From contig CAXXHO010000004.1 of the NCBI GenBank assembly GCA_963667725.2, forward strand, positions 1-64,000: 64,000 bases of DNA, written 5' to 3'. This stretch comes from Treponemataceae bacterium. Its GTDB lineage: Bacteria > Spirochaetota > Spirochaetia > Treponematales > Rectinemataceae. The position numbers and the translations under genes were made by a program. Positions 37,790 to 48,928 of this stretch are shown in pieces; the stretch's first letter is position 1, and each line of letters opens with the position of its first letter. Under the pieces are notes generated by a model that saw only the letters and a list, made by a program, of their open reading frames with translations, searched no databases and was not told where the DNA came from.

Positions 37790-39124
37790 CTAATTACTAT
37801 TAAAATTATTAATTATGCCTTTAATTATCAAATATCTTTTTTGATCCGACTCTTCCTTTTTATGTTTTGCTATTGTTTCCCAATCTCTTATAAAATATTT
37901 ATTTCGCAAGAAATTACTTTTTATTGAGAAACCATAGTTTATATATAGAAATTGGTAAATATTTTTAATAATATATTTAATTATTCTCATATTTTCAATT
38001 AAATATTTTACTCTTTTTATTCTAAAAGATTCTTCATATTTGTACTTCCTATTCATTACAATATTTTCGATTACATTTGTTATTCGAATAAAAGCAGGCT
38101 CTTCTTCTATTGAGTAATACTTTCTTAATTTTTCGTAATCAAATATAAAGGCTTTTTTAACACTATCCTTATCGATAGAACACTTAAATTCATCGTAATT
38201 TTCTATACCTTCTTCGTTAACATAAAAACTCATATCAGTATAGGGATTTGCTCTATAAGGTCTTAATAAATAGAATGGTTTTTTTGCTGCATATGTTTCT
38301 GCAACAGAAGTGCTAAACCAAGTTGTTACAACATCACATACTTTTATCCATTGCTTAATATTAAATTCGCAAATATTATAAAATCTATTTGGATATTTTT
38401 TCGCTAACTCATCTACTAATATATTTTCTTTTTCAACAGGATGTTTTCTGTATATTAATACAATTTCTTCGTTTTCGTTTACAATTTTTGTAAACCAGCT
38501 CAATATTTCATCTCTAGATCGACATTCATAATCAAAGAATTGTTTCCATAACCCATCACTATCAGTATTATTATTATATTTCACAATCACTGGGTTATTA
38601 TCGCTAGTAAAATCTGATATGAATAGAACCCACCTTTTTAACTCATCAATTTTATACTTCTTCGCAATTTCACTTTTTGGTAAATAGTAATTACTAAATT
38701 CTTTTCTTAAGAAATCAAGTTGGATTGCACCACATACATGTAATTTATCTTCATTTACATCTTTTTTAATTAATTTTTCTTTTTTGTATTTACCCCAACA
38801 TATAGTATCTATATCTTTTGCTTTTCCAAACAAGTCACCAATCCCAAGGTTATCAGTTCTTTCTGTAAACACTTGCTCATATTGTAATGAAACCATAGGG
38901 TTATTATTATTATTTAGAGAATATCTATAACTATCAATATCTTTAGTATTATAGCTATTAGGTACAACAAATATTGCATTTAATCTCTTGAATATATAAT
39001 CCATTTTATATTGAATAATTACCTTATATCCTCTCTTTTCGAACTCAGCTTTTAATAGTAATGCATTTTCATATTCTCTTTGTAAAACTTCATATACAAT
39101 AACAATTTCATTATATTTATTCAT
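37790..39124 (-). CDS. Surface carbohydrate biosynthesis protein (candidate nonulosonate transferase)
   Basis: E...RE, ICWG, G..QLD, RKHPVE, STSVAE pattern; context with the CMP-nonulosonate pathway. Confidence 0.65.
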   Translation of the reverse strand: MNKYNEIVIVYEVLQREYENALLLKAEFEKRGYKVIIQYKMDYIFKRLNAIFVVPNSYNTKDIDSYRYSLNNNNNPMVSLQYEQVFTERTDNLGIGDLFGKAKDIDTICWGKYKKEKLIKKDVNEDKLHVCGAIQLDFLRKEFSNYYLPKSEIAKKYKIDELKRWVLFISDFTSDNNPVIVKYNNNTDSDGLWKQFFDYECRSRDEILSWFTKIVNENEEIVLIYRKHPVEKENILVDELAKKYPNRFYNICEFNIKQWIKVCDVVTTWFSTSVAETYAAKKPFYLLRPYRANPYTDMSFYVNEEGIENYDEFKCSIDKDSVKKAFIFDYEKLRKYYSIEEEPAFIRITNVIENIVMNRKYKYEESFRIKRVKYLIENMRIIKYIIKNIYQFLYINYGFSIKSNFLRNKYFIRDWETIAKHKKEESDQKRYLIIKGIINNFNSN

Positions 39125-39215
39125 ATAATATTATCCTTAAGGAAAATTTAATTTCTTTGTATATAACAATATTTGCTTATGTTGTATTTATATCTTGTAG
39201 TAACTGATTTCTATA

Positions 39216-40655
39216 TTAGCTAAATTTTAGTATTTTACTTAATATTTTATCTTTCTTAAAATATATTAGCCATAATACTGATAATGTTGAATATACTAAT
39301 ATACCAATAATTATTTCAATTATTGTAGTCCATAATGGATAGAGATTAACAATGTTTGAAACTAACCTAATCACTAGAACCATTACTACTGCAAATAATA
39401 CATATGGTATTGTTTCAATAATTACTTTTTTTAATCTTATTTCATCCTTTAAATAATATACTTGCAATACTAAAACAATTGTATATGAAATCACCGTGCC
39501 CCAAACAACTCCTACAGCACTAAATTTTTTAACTAAAACAAAGCCCACTATAATATTTACTAATCCTCCAATTAGTATAGATTTAAAATATATAATATCT
39601 TTTTCTTTCGGAATTAAATATTGTGTCCTAATTATTTCTGAAAAACCTCCTATAAATATTGAAATACTTAATACTTCTATTAAATCTGCGGTTCTGACAT
39701 AATTCTTGCCTAAGAACCAAGGAATAAAAGTATTTACAACACTTAGCAAACCGAATGCTAATCCAATATTTATTATATTAATATACCTTAACGATATTTG
39801 AATTACTTCACTTAATTTTTTTTCTTTATTATTAGCAACCAAGCTAGAACAATAAGACATCATTACTGTTCCTAAAGCAATTATCATATTTAATGGTAGT
39901 GATACAATATTATCTGCTGAACTGAAGTATCCAATTTCTTCTGAAGTCGAAAATATACCTAAAAGAATTTTATCAATCTGTTGATATATACTCATTGCAA
40001 TACTAGGTAAAAACAGTATAATAATTGGTCTGATATGTACTTGCATGCTTTTTATATTAGGAGGCTTAAATTTTATAGTTTTAAATACTAATGGCCAAAC
40101 TAAAATGCATGATACAATATTACCACCATTAATTAGTACTGTATATTTCCACAAGTCAGTAGGCTTTTTAACAAATAAAAATATTAATAATACAATTAAT
40201 AGTCTTGTTATTGTGCTTCTAATAGTTACAAAACGAAATTTTTCTAGTCCATTTGGAAACCACTCGATTTCTAATCCAGCAGATATTACATATAATATTT
40301 GCAAGATGAATATATTTTTATCTTGATTATGAATTTGGCTAATTAATACAAAAAATGTGAAAGAAAATATTATAGTCAAGAAAAATTGAATATAGTATAT
40401 ATTCCAAAAAGTACTTGTTAACTCTAAACTATCATTCCTAACTTTTGCAATTTTCCTGGTTCCATATGTATTTATGCCAAGTAGCGAAAATAAGTAAAAA
40501 TAGTAGGCAATCGAATTTGCATATGTGTAAATACCTATCTTCCCTGGGCCAAGTACTCTAGCAATATATGGAGAAGTAGCAATAGGTATTAATATCACTA
40601 TTACTCTATATATTATATTATATAAAATATTTTGGCCTAAACTATTTTTTTCCAA
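39216..40655 (-). CDS. wzx: Wzx flippase
   Basis: PYIARVLGP..IG.Y, WF..GLEKF, IDKILLG; about 12-14 TM segments. Confidence 0.9.
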   Translation of the reverse strand: MEKNSLGQNILYNIIYRVIVILIPIATSPYIARVLGPGKIGIYTYANSIAYYFYLFSLLGINTYGTRKIAKVRNDSLELTSTFWNIYYIQFFLTIIFSFTFFVLISQIHNQDKNIFILQILYVISAGLEIEWFPNGLEKFRFVTIRSTITRLLIVLLIFLFVKKPTDLWKYTVLINGGNIVSCILVWPLVFKTIKFKPPNIKSMQVHIRPIIILFLPSIAMSIYQQIDKILLGIFSTSEEIGYFSSADNIVSLPLNMIIALGTVMMSYCSSLVANNKEKKLSEVIQISLRYINIINIGLAFGLLSVVNTFIPWFLGKNYVRTADLIEVLSISIFIGGFSEIIRTQYLIPKEKDIIYFKSILIGGLVNIIVGFVLVKKFSAVGVVWGTVISYTIVLVLQVYYLKDEIRLKKVIIETIPYVLFAVVMVLVIRLVSNIVNLYPLWTTIIEIIIGILVYSTLSVLWLIYFKKDKILSKILKFS

Positions 40656-41983
40656 CTGCTTTCTCCAATTACATCATTAAGTTTTATAATTTTTTTTTTT
40701 TTTTTAATCAATTTGCTAATCATAACAGCAGTAATAATCCAAATAATTACTGATGAAGATCTAAGAAAGAATCCGTTGTGCATTGTAAATATAATTATTA
40801 CAGAAATACCTAATAAGGTAATATCACTAACATTTAACCTTTTTGTTACATTTTTATAAATTTTACCAGAAAATATAGCAATAATAGCAGTCCATATTAT
40901 TGTTCCGCTAATACCAAGGTCTTCGTATGGCTGTAATAAGTATGTACTTACATTAAATGCGCCAATATTATTATTTACTTCAGAAAATCCAGACATTTTT
41001 TCTGGTGAAATGAATATACTCCATATTGCTTGCGTAGTATAAAGCATCGAATATTTCGGAGTAAATGAAAATACTGTTGTTTGAAAATTAAGAAAATTTG
41101 GAGCGATATATAGATATAATATTGTTAGGGTATAAATAATTGCTTTAGTAATTGACATATACGTTTTTGTTCGTGTTATAGCAATAATTGCAATAAACAA
41201 CACTGCTATAATAGAATATTTTACAATTCTTTTATTATTATTTTTAATTTCATTCTTGTTTTTGATATTTACTAATAGCAATTGTCCAATCATAAAAAAA
41301 AGAAATATCTGGAATAAATATCCTCTCCATCCCGTTAAGCCTTCAAATATACCAAGAAGAATGCTTAAAATAATAATAATAGTTTTTTGTTTTCCTTTAG
41401 AAAAATATATTCCAAGTGGCACTAAGCTAAAAATAAACCTACTAATATTTATAATAGAATAGAAACCAGTAGTAACAAATGATTGCCGAAGAAAATTTAC
41501 ATTACTTGATAGTTGTGGTATATATCCAAATTGTATTGTATTAAGTATATATGCAAAACAAGCTGTAACTAGAATAGTTATTATAATATTATTTAATAGC
41601 ATCCTGTTTATCTTCATTTCCTTTACATCAATATTTATCTTTTCTTTTGAACCTATTGATGCAAACCAAAAAAATAAATAAAATGTAATTGTGTTAATAA
41701 CTATTATATTTTTTAACTCATTTGACCATGTTGTACCAAATATATAGATACCTAAATCAATTCTTCCTATAGAAATAGGTATCAACCAAAATATGTACCA
41801 AAATAATATTGGAGACCAAAAATTTTTAATTCTCTTTATCTCAATAATTATTATAAAGATAACATTAACTACTAACATTGCTGTCGATAATAATGAGTCT
41901 TTATTAGGAAATGTGATTTCATACGATATAATAAATATCGTAAATAGTACAGACTCAAAAAATAAATATACATTATTTTTCAT
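40637..41983 (-). CDS. wzy: Wzy polysaccharide polymerase
   Basis: Polytopic; GWRG and FNVSTYL.QPYEDLG..G motifs; next to wzx. Confidence 0.8.
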   Translation of the reverse strand: MKNNVYLFFESVLFTIFIISYEITFPNKDSLLSTAMLVVNVIFIIIIEIKRIKNFWSPILFWYIFWLIPISIGRIDLGIYIFGTTWSNELKNIIVINTITFYLFFWFASIGSKEKINIDVKEMKINRMLLNNIIITILVTACFAYILNTIQFGYIPQLSSNVNFLRQSFVTTGFYSIINISRFIFSLVPLGIYFSKGKQKTIIIILSILLGIFEGLTGWRGYLFQIFLFFMIGQLLLVNIKNKNEIKNNNKRIVKYSIIAVLFIAIIAITRTKTYMSITKAIIYTLTILYLYIAPNFLNFQTTVFSFTPKYSMLYTTQAIWSIFISPEKMSGFSEVNNNIGAFNVSTYLLQPYEDLGISGTIIWTAIIAIFSGKIYKNVTKRLNVSDITLLGISVIIIFTMHNGFFLRSSSVIIWIITAVMISKLIKKKKKIIKLNDVIGESSWKKIV

Positions 41984-42079
41984 TGTTTTTTTCCAAATAT
42001 TATATAGTATATTAATAACACTTTTTCAATTTTAAACAATTAAACGAATATTTAATTGTTCTATATGTGTCTAGTAGAT

Positions 42080-42634
42080 TCAATTTTCAATTAAATAATC
42101 TCCAGATTTTAAATGACGTTCAGCGTAATCTCTAGTATCGCATAAAACTTTTGATGGATTACCATATACAACACTATTACTAGGAATATTCCCTCTTATT
42201 ACCGTACAAGCTCCAATAATACAGTTATCTCCAATATTTGAACCACCAAGTATTGTCGTTCGAGCTCCAATGAAACAATTATCACCAATTTTTATAATTC
42301 TAATTTGAGATAATTCTCCCATACCTCTTTCTATTCTCCTACCAAGCGATGCTACAGCTGTTGTAAGCGAATAATCATGTGTCAAGAACATTACTTCTCG
42401 TGAGATAGTAATGTTATCACCAATCTGTATTTTTGTATAATCACTTCCATCAAAATATACATTTGATGAAATATATTTAGGAATTCCTTCAATTTTAATA
42501 CCAAGGCTTTTAAGGAATTTTAACTTGTACTTCATATACCCTTTAATATTAATATAATTATATAATTCTCCGAAAATTCCACTTACTGGAATTGCTAAAA
42601 TCTGTTGAATTATTTTTCTTATTATTTTTTTCAC
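42080..42634 (-). CDS. Hexapeptide-repeat O-acyltransferase
   Basis: IGDNITIS..V.FLTHD, IGDNCFIG, IGDNCIIG, GNP. Confidence 0.88.
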   Translation of the reverse strand: MKKIIRKIIQQILAIPVSGIFGELYNYINIKGYMKYKLKFLKSLGIKIEGIPKYISSNVYFDGSDYTKIQIGDNITISREVMFLTHDYSLTTAVASLGRRIERGMGELSQIRIIKIGDNCFIGARTTILGGSNIGDNCIIGACTVIRGNIPSNSVVYGNPSKVLCDTRDYAERHLKSGDYLIEN

Positions 42635-43821
42635 AATTTACTCACTTCTAAATAGACTTGAATATATTTTTTTATAGTCTTTGATATATTAAATATTTCA
42701 TTTTCAAATATTATTTCACTTTTATTCTTTACAATATTTTTAATTACTTTAACTAACTTATCAATATCTCCCTTGCATACAACATTAGCTTTTGGAACAG
42801 ATTCAATACTTCCACCAGTAGCAAATGTTATACATGGCGTCCCACAAGCTTGAGCCTCTAAATTAGTTGTTGGATAGTTATCTTCTAGAGTCGTATTAAC
42901 AAATACATCAGAAAGTGTATACCATTTTGCTAATTCTTCTTTACTATTAATTCTAGGTAAAGTGAGTATATTTTTAGGAAAAATATTTTGCATTTTTTTT
43001 TCAACACCAATTAAGACTATCGTAAAGTTTTCAGGTAATCTTGAAGAAAGCTTAATAAAGTAATCTACTCCTTTTCGCTTATCCCACACCGCAGCAACCC
43101 CTAATATAACAAATTTATCATTTAATTGATATTTTTCCCTTAAACTGCTTTTCGTAGGAGAAAACGTTGTTACATTAATACCATTTTGTATTACTCGAAT
43201 TGGTACATTCTTTAAATAGCTTTTCTTTACCAAATTTGCAAGCCAATAGCTAGGAGTAATTATTGTTAAATTTTTTAATTCAGAAAACAAATATTTTTTT
43301 ATTTTAAAATTTCTTTTGACTCGACTAATTCCATATAATTTGGGATACTCAGTTCTATTTTTACATCTTCTGCATTCAGTTTTCCATTGCTCACAACCTA
43401 AATAGTCGAAATAGCAGCAATGCCCTGTGAATGCCCAACAATCATGAAGAGTCCAAATAATAGGCTTATTACAATCTTTTAGATAATCAAATAATTCTTT
43501 TATATTAATATAATACCCATGTAAATTATGAAGATGAATAATATCTGGATTAAAATATTTTATCCACTCAACAAATTTTTTAGTAGTATATTTGCTTCCG
43601 AATCCCATACCATCAAAAAGCCTAGCATTTATTCCATGTATTTTACATATAAAATCATTACCAATTTTAACTGAATATTTTAGATACTTTTGCGGTACTT
43701 GCTCTCTACCATACGCAATTTTACATTCGTATCCAAATTTGGATAATTCTTCTGCAAGATCGACACAAATTTTTCCTGTACTTTTAATTCCACATACTGA
43801 ATTAATAAATAGTATTTTCAT
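42631..43821 (-). CDS. GT4 glycosyltransferase (WcaC-like)
   Basis: STG, HLHNLHG, TLHDCWAFTG, PS.WL, EDNYPTTNLEAQACGTP. Confidence 0.9.
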   Translation of the reverse strand: MKILFINSVCGIKSTGKICVDLAEELSKFGYECKIAYGREQVPQKYLKYSVKIGNDFICKIHGINARLFDGMGFGSKYTTKKFVEWIKYFNPDIIHLHNLHGYYINIKELFDYLKDCNKPIIWTLHDCWAFTGHCCYFDYLGCEQWKTECRRCKNRTEYPKLYGISRVKRNFKIKKYLFSELKNLTIITPSYWLANLVKKSYLKNVPIRVIQNGINVTTFSPTKSSLREKYQLNDKFVILGVAAVWDKRKGVDYFIKLSSRLPENFTIVLIGVEKKMQNIFPKNILTLPRINSKEELAKWYTLSDVFVNTTLEDNYPTTNLEAQACGTPCITFATGGSIESVPKANVVCKGDIDKLVKVIKNIVKNKSEIIFENEIFNISKTIKKYIQVYLEVSKL

Positions 43822-43879
43822 TACTATATATCTCCAAGAATATTAGTAAGCGTCCAATTCTCCCCGTCTTGACCAGCGA

Positions 43880-45460
43880 CTAGTACGCCGAAGGGTTAAG
43901 CCGGTAGGGAAGCAGTGAAAGTCTCTCTTCAAGCGTCTTTGCTTTCGGCAACATATCAAACAGGTAGCAAAGATATTTATAAGGCTCATGGCCATTGGCC
44001 TTCGCCGTCTCAATGAGGCTGTAGAGCCCCGCGCTCGTGTGAGCTCCTGCCGGCGTATTCGAAAAGAGCCAATTCTTTCTGCCAAGGACAAAGGGCCGAA
44101 TCGCATTCTCAACCGCATTGTTGTCAGGCGTCAAAAGCGCATGCTCAAGGTAGCGCACAACCTGGTCCCATTGCCCCAATGCATAAGAGATTGCTTTCCC
44201 GAGAGCGCTCGAGGGTGTAACGCTTTGGCTTCGCGCAGTGAGCCATTCATGCATTACCGCAAGCTGTGGTTCCTGCAATCTTTTCCGTTCAGCAATAAAT
44301 GAACTTTCATCGTGTTCTTTATTTTCATACCGTTGCCGCAGGAGCGTTTCGGTATGGTAAAGGCTAGCAATCATCGAGAGGAACTCGGCAGCGTCCCCTG
44401 AGCCCCCAGAAACCTTGTCGGCGTCGAAGAATTTCCTCCGGATATGTGCCATGCAACCAACATGGATAATCCCCGGAGCTTCTCCTACCTGCGAATAGCC
44501 TGAATAGCCATCGGTTTGAAGATAGCCAGAATAGCCTTTTAAGAACTCAAGTGCCACGCTTCCTGATCGTGTTGGGTGGTAGTGGAAGAAGAGGAGCTTC
44601 TTTCCTTCCCTGAATCCGGAAGCCACCCACATGTATGACTTTGCCGTGGCGCTTCGATTCTTTTCATGCAGCACCTGTAATGGCGTTTCATCCATCCCGA
44701 TCACGGGCGACGCTTTTAGATCATCCCTGATCGCTTGGACTAAATCGCCCACTGCGCGCCCTGCGCTCATGGCAAGCGAACACAAGGTTGAACGCCCAGT
44801 GTCCACGCCCCAACGGGCCAGAATTCCTTCCATGCGGTAGAAGGGCTGCGCGTCGACGAACTTGCTCGTTAGGAAGAAGGCGATCGTTCCGTTCGAGAAT
44901 CTGGAGCCGGGAACGATCTTCGCGTTCCCCGGAGCCTGGATAATCGGCGCCGTTTCGGTTCCCTGGCACTCTTTGCAGGGGCAGGGTCCATACTTCTTCA
45001 TGACGTGGACGTCGATCACTGCCTTGGCGGGAATGAGCCTTAATTCTTCCTTGCGCTCTTCGCCGATTTCCGGCCGCAAGGAACCGCAGCAAGGGCAGGC
45101 TCGCTCTTCGTCGCTTAAAGAGTGGACGATTTCATTGCGCTCGAGATTGTCCGGGAAGGGCTTCCTTCCTGCCTTCTTGCGCTCATGCTGGCCGACCATT
45201 ATCGTGGCAGGCTTTCGGTCGGGAGCATCGAAGAAGGTTTCAGCTTCGTTGAATAAGAGATCCTGTTTTGGATTCTCTTTCTGGTGCTTTTCGCTCTTAG
45301 GGCTGAATATCAGGCGCTGCAGCGCCGCGTATTTCTCTTGCTCAATAGTGAGCTTGCTCTGCAGATCCCTCACTTCCTTGGCATGTTCGGCCGCCATTTC
45401 TTTGACCATTTTTTTGAGGCTGGCCACGTCGTCAGGAAGGTTTTCAAGCACGCTTACCAT
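43880..45460 (-). CDS. tnpC: IS66 transposase TnpC
   Basis: CPCCG zinc finger, MDET, LQTDGYSGY, CMAHIRRKF, DNNAVENAIR..LGRKNWLF. Confidence 0.93.
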   Translation of the reverse strand: MVSVLENLPDDVASLKKMVKEMAAEHAKEVRDLQSKLTIEQEKYAALQRLIFSPKSEKHQKENPKQDLLFNEAETFFDAPDRKPATIMVGQHERKKAGRKPFPDNLERNEIVHSLSDEERACPCCGSLRPEIGEERKEELRLIPAKAVIDVHVMKKYGPCPCKECQGTETAPIIQAPGNAKIVPGSRFSNGTIAFFLTSKFVDAQPFYRMEGILARWGVDTGRSTLCSLAMSAGRAVGDLVQAIRDDLKASPVIGMDETPLQVLHEKNRSATAKSYMWVASGFREGKKLLFFHYHPTRSGSVALEFLKGYSGYLQTDGYSGYSQVGEAPGIIHVGCMAHIRRKFFDADKVSGGSGDAAEFLSMIASLYHTETLLRQRYENKEHDESSFIAERKRLQEPQLAVMHEWLTARSQSVTPSSALGKAISYALGQWDQVVRYLEHALLTPDNNAVENAIRPFVLGRKNWLFSNTPAGAHTSAGLYSLIETAKANGHEPYKYLCYLFDMLPKAKTLEERLSLLPYRLNPSAY

Positions 45461-45506
45461 GCAGGATAGTATAGCATGAAAGGCCCTGTTTGCAGCCTAT
45501 AATCGC

Positions 45507-45851
45507 TTATGCTACCGCTGAATATTCAAGCTTTCGATGCTCCCGGAAGATATCAATTCCCCGCACCAGGAGCTTGAATTTGTCATGCTCTATTTCAATG
45601 ACGCCTTTCTGTTTTCCCGTCCAAGGGAAGGTTTCTTCTTCGAGCCTTTTGCTCCACATGCAGAAGCCGCTCTTGTCCCAGTAGAGGATCTTCATGACTT
45701 TTCTTGTCTTCCCGAGGAACACGAAATAGCTTCCCGAAAAGATTTTTTCCGGCTGTTTGTCTTGCGCCAGCGCTGAAAGCCCGTTGATTTGCTTTCGCAT
45801 GTCCGTGATTCCGGCGACGATATAAATGGTTCGATCTTTTCTTAAGTACAT
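45507..45851 (-). CDS. tnpB: IS66 accessory protein TnpB
   Basis: TDMRK..GL, FVF, KILYWD..GF....KRLE..F.W. Confidence 0.9.
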   Translation of the reverse strand: MYLRKDRTIYIVAGITDMRKQINGLSALAQDKQPEKIFSGSYFVFLGKTRKVMKILYWDKSGFCMWSKRLEEETFPWTGKQKGVIEIEHDKFKLLVRGIDIFREHRKLEYSAVA

Positions 45852-46108
45852 CGATGATCCCTCCCCTTGCAAGAAGGATAATCGAATTTCCTATGCTGTC
45901 AGCATGGGGAGAATTGGACGCTTACGAATATTACAAAGTACATCTTGCTTAATAGTTCTAAATAATAATATTTTGCAATTATATTAAAATGGTTTTATAA
46001 CTCTATTAATAATAAATTTTAGAATATATTTTTACGACTTTTAAAACATATAGTATTTCTGTTAATACCTGATGATTTCTCAGAATCTATAATAACTTAA
46101 CTAATATT

Positions 46109-46891
46109 TTATAGCGTAAACCCATCATCTACTACAATATTTTGTCCATTTATATATTTAGACTCATCAGATAGAAGGAAACGTACAGTTCCTGTTATAT
46201 CAACAGGTTCAAGCATTCCCTTGTTAATACAATACTTATTATACGATTCTAAGAATGATTTTGGTTGGTTATTTATCAATCCACCGAGGCTTATACAGTT
46301 TACTCTTATTTTTTTACCAGCAAAATACTTTGTCATATACTTTGTGAGATTTATAATACCAGCTTTAATTACAGCATATTCAACAGGCATAGTCATTTCA
46401 GTACCTTCATATAGTTCGAATCGAGGCGGAATTACTCCATATACTGACGATATATTAATCAAACAACCCCCGCCATTATTTTTAAAATAATCAAGAATTT
46501 TTTGGGATACAAGGAAATATCCTCCGAGATGGAGGTTAACATTTTCACAAAAATCTTGATATGTTACATACTCAAATTTTTTCCCATAATTACTATTCCT
46601 AGGATAAGAAGTATTTACAAGCCCATCGATACCTCCAAGTATCTCATGGCAATACGTAATCATTTTTACCACTGATACTTCTTCTGTAATAGAAACTTCA
46701 ACTATTGGTATTGATTTATCTTCAATAGTTTCTATTTTTTTTGCTACAATTTCCGCTGATTTAAGTGACTTATCAGCAATTATTAAATTCGCTCCATGTA
46801 ATATTAGTTCGAGACAAATTTTTGATCCAAGCAGACCGCCACCACCAACAACAACAATTCGCTTACCAAACAGAGAATTATACTGACTCAT
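46109..46891 (-). CDS. SDR oxidoreductase (PtmA/ElaC-like)
   Basis: GGGGLLG, YPRN..YG, NISSVYG, EYAVIK, GQNIVVDDG. Confidence 0.85.
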   Translation of the reverse strand: MSQYNSLFGKRIVVVGGGGLLGSKICLELILHGANLIIADKSLKSAEIVAKKIETIEDKSIPIVEVSITEEVSVVKMITYCHEILGGIDGLVNTSYPRNSNYGKKFEYVTYQDFCENVNLHLGGYFLVSQKILDYFKNNGGGCLINISSVYGVIPPRFELYEGTEMTMPVEYAVIKAGIINLTKYMTKYFAGKKIRVNCISLGGLINNQPKSFLESYNKYCINKGMLEPVDITGTVRFLLSDESKYINGQNIVVDDGFTL

Positions 46892-47625
46892 TGCTTCCTG
46901 TCCTTTATGAAATTGTAGGTAGCTCTAATTTCAGTGCAACGCTCTTTATTTACATCACAACAAAATATTCCTTCAGAGGAGCCACATTCTAAGTAAGTTT
47001 CTCCAGAAGGTCCAAATACAACGCTATCACCAGAAAATGTAGATGTAGGATCTTTTCCAATACGGTTCACACCAATAAAATAACTTTGGTTTTCTATAGC
47101 TCTAGCCTTTAGCAAAGATAACCAATGATCCCTACGTACTTCTGGCCAGCTAGCAATTACAATGAAACCATCACACTGTTGCGCATTATTCCAAAAATGA
47201 TATGGGAAACGAAGATCATAACAGATAGCGAGTGAATATTTCATACCTAATATACTTAAAATAGCACTTTCAGTTCCTGGCATATAGTATTGGTTTTCAC
47301 CCCCATAAGAGAATAGGTGCCGCTTCCTATATTCTGTTTTCTTGACGCCTCTAGCATCAATCGAAAATATACAATTGAAGCCATTTTCTACTCCCCCATA
47401 TAGCACCAGTGCATTTCTTTTAGAGGCAATTTCACCAAAATATTCATGATCGCTCTTATCAAGGCAAGTAGCTTCATTCTTCATTGAAAAGCCAGAAAGT
47501 GCCATTTCTGGAAAAATAAAACAATCAGCCCAATCATCCCAATTATCTAATATATGAGCTATTCTGGCTTTTGTTCTAAGGCGATTTTCCCATTGACAAT
47601 CAATTTGACATATTCCTATCTTCAT
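46888..47625 (-). CDS. Nitrilase-superfamily amidohydrolase (omega-amidase-like)
   Basis: FPEM, YRKRHLF, ICYDLRFP triad; KARAIENQ. Confidence 0.88.
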   Translation of the reverse strand: MKIGICQIDCQWENRLRTKARIAHILDNWDDWADCFIFPEMALSGFSMKNEATCLDKSDHEYFGEIASKRNALVLYGGVENGFNCIFSIDARGVKKTEYRKRHLFSYGGENQYYMPGTESAILSILGMKYSLAICYDLRFPYHFWNNAQQCDGFIVIASWPEVRRDHWLSLLKARAIENQSYFIGVNRIGKDPTSTFSGDSVVFGPSGETYLECGSSEGIFCCDVNKERCTEIRATYNFIKDRKQ

Positions 47626-47635
47626 AATCTTAGCT

Positions 47636-48928
47636 TTAGTTATACTTTCTAAACACGGGACGTATCACTCGCCCTTTTAGGTAATTTGAGATTCCATTTT
47701 CAAGAGCCTTTTTATATATTAAAAGGCTTTCCCTAACAGCATCCATGGTAATTTCAAGCTCAATCTCGCCATGCTCTCTGCATAATGCAATCCATGGCAT
47801 CAATACTCCATTTTTAATCATTTCTTGTGAAAAAAGAGTTCTAAAATCTAAAGAAATTTCGCCTTCAGAATTCTTAGTAATATAATTTGGATGGCATGCA
47901 TAGCCTTCAGCATAGAAATATTTGTCGATTCCTAATCCTTTTGAAATTGCATTCATTCCAGAAATGAGTTTTTCGCCATATGACCAGAGATGCTCAACCA
48001 CACCAAGCTCTTTATAAACTTCTACAGTTTTTACAAAAGCACCGAGGCCGCACATTTCAGCACCATGGGTTGTAGACACAAGAAATGTGCGCTCCATTCC
48101 TTCTTTGTCTATTCCACCAAGTTCCATTAACTCTCTTTTCCCTGCCAATGCTGCAACAGAAAAACCATTTGCCATGCCTTTCCCGAATGTACATAGATCT
48201 GGCTCAATATTAAAATATTTAGAAGCACCTTGTAGGTGGAACCTAAAACCAGTTAACATTTCATCAAGAATAAAAACAGCCTTATACTTTACACATAATG
48301 CTTTCACTTTATGTAGAAAGTCGTTTTGTGGACCAATAGTCGTAGCAGGCTCAAGTATAACGCATGATATTTCATCGGGGTGAGCAATAAACAAAGCCTC
48401 AAGTGAGGCTATGTCATTATAGTTGAACTTTAATGATAGTTGGCTTATTTCGTTAGGAACCCCTTTACTAACCACTGTCGAACCGATGAACCAGTCATCA
48501 TAAGAGAAAAACGGATGCTGAGCACAAATAGCAACAAATTTTTTTTTATTATATGCACGTGCTATTTTTACTGCAGCCGTCGTAACTAATGATCCATTTT
48601 TACCAAATTTAACCATCTCTGCCCATGGGATGATACTTGTGAAAAGTTCAGCAGCCTCTAGCTCAATGGATGATGGCCTTGTAAGATTATTACCATACAT
48701 GGCCTGCTCCATGGCTGCTAATACAATTGGCTCATATCCATAGCCTACTGTGACTGCTCGTAAAGCCATACCATAATCTAGATACTTATTACCTTCTGGA
48801 TCCCAAATATAAGCGCCTTTTCCTTTTTTTAGTATCTGTGGAGCATTCTCAGGGTACTGATCTGCACCACGGCTATAAGTATGCGCTCCTCCAGGAATAA
48901 CGTGTGCAAGCCGTTCATTATAATTCAT
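47636..48928 (-). CDS. Class III PLP aminotransferase (GSA-aminomutase-like)
   Basis: IPGGAHTYSRG, KFGKNGS, ILDEMLTGFR, TFGKGMANG, STTHG. Confidence 0.88.
   Translation of the reverse strand: MNYNERLAHVIPGGAHTYSRGADQYPENAPQILKKGKGAYIWDPEGNKYLDYGMALRAVTVGYGYEPIVLAAMEQAMYGNNLTRPSSIELEAAELFTSIIPWAEMVKFGKNGSLVTTAAVKIARAYNKKKFVAICAQHPFFSYDDWFIGSTVVSKGVPNEISQLSLKFNYNDIASLEALFIAHPDEISCVILEPATTIGPQNDFLHKVKALCVKYKAVFILDEMLTGFRFHLQGASKYFNIEPDLCTFGKGMANGFSVAALAGKRELMELGGIDKEGMERTFLVSTTHGAEMCGLGAFVKTVEVYKELGVVEHLWSYGEKLISGMNAISKGLGIDKYFYAEGYACHPNYITKNSEGEISLDFRTLFSQEMIKNGVLMPWIALCREHGEIELEITMDAVRESLLIYKKALENGISNYLKGRVIRPVFRKYN

Larger units (their letters stand above)
43846..45925 (-). mobile_element. 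IS66-family element (tnpB + tnpC only)
   Basis: 20-bp perfect IRs gtaagcgtccaattctcccc; 8-bp TSD GAATATTA. Confidence 0.93.
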
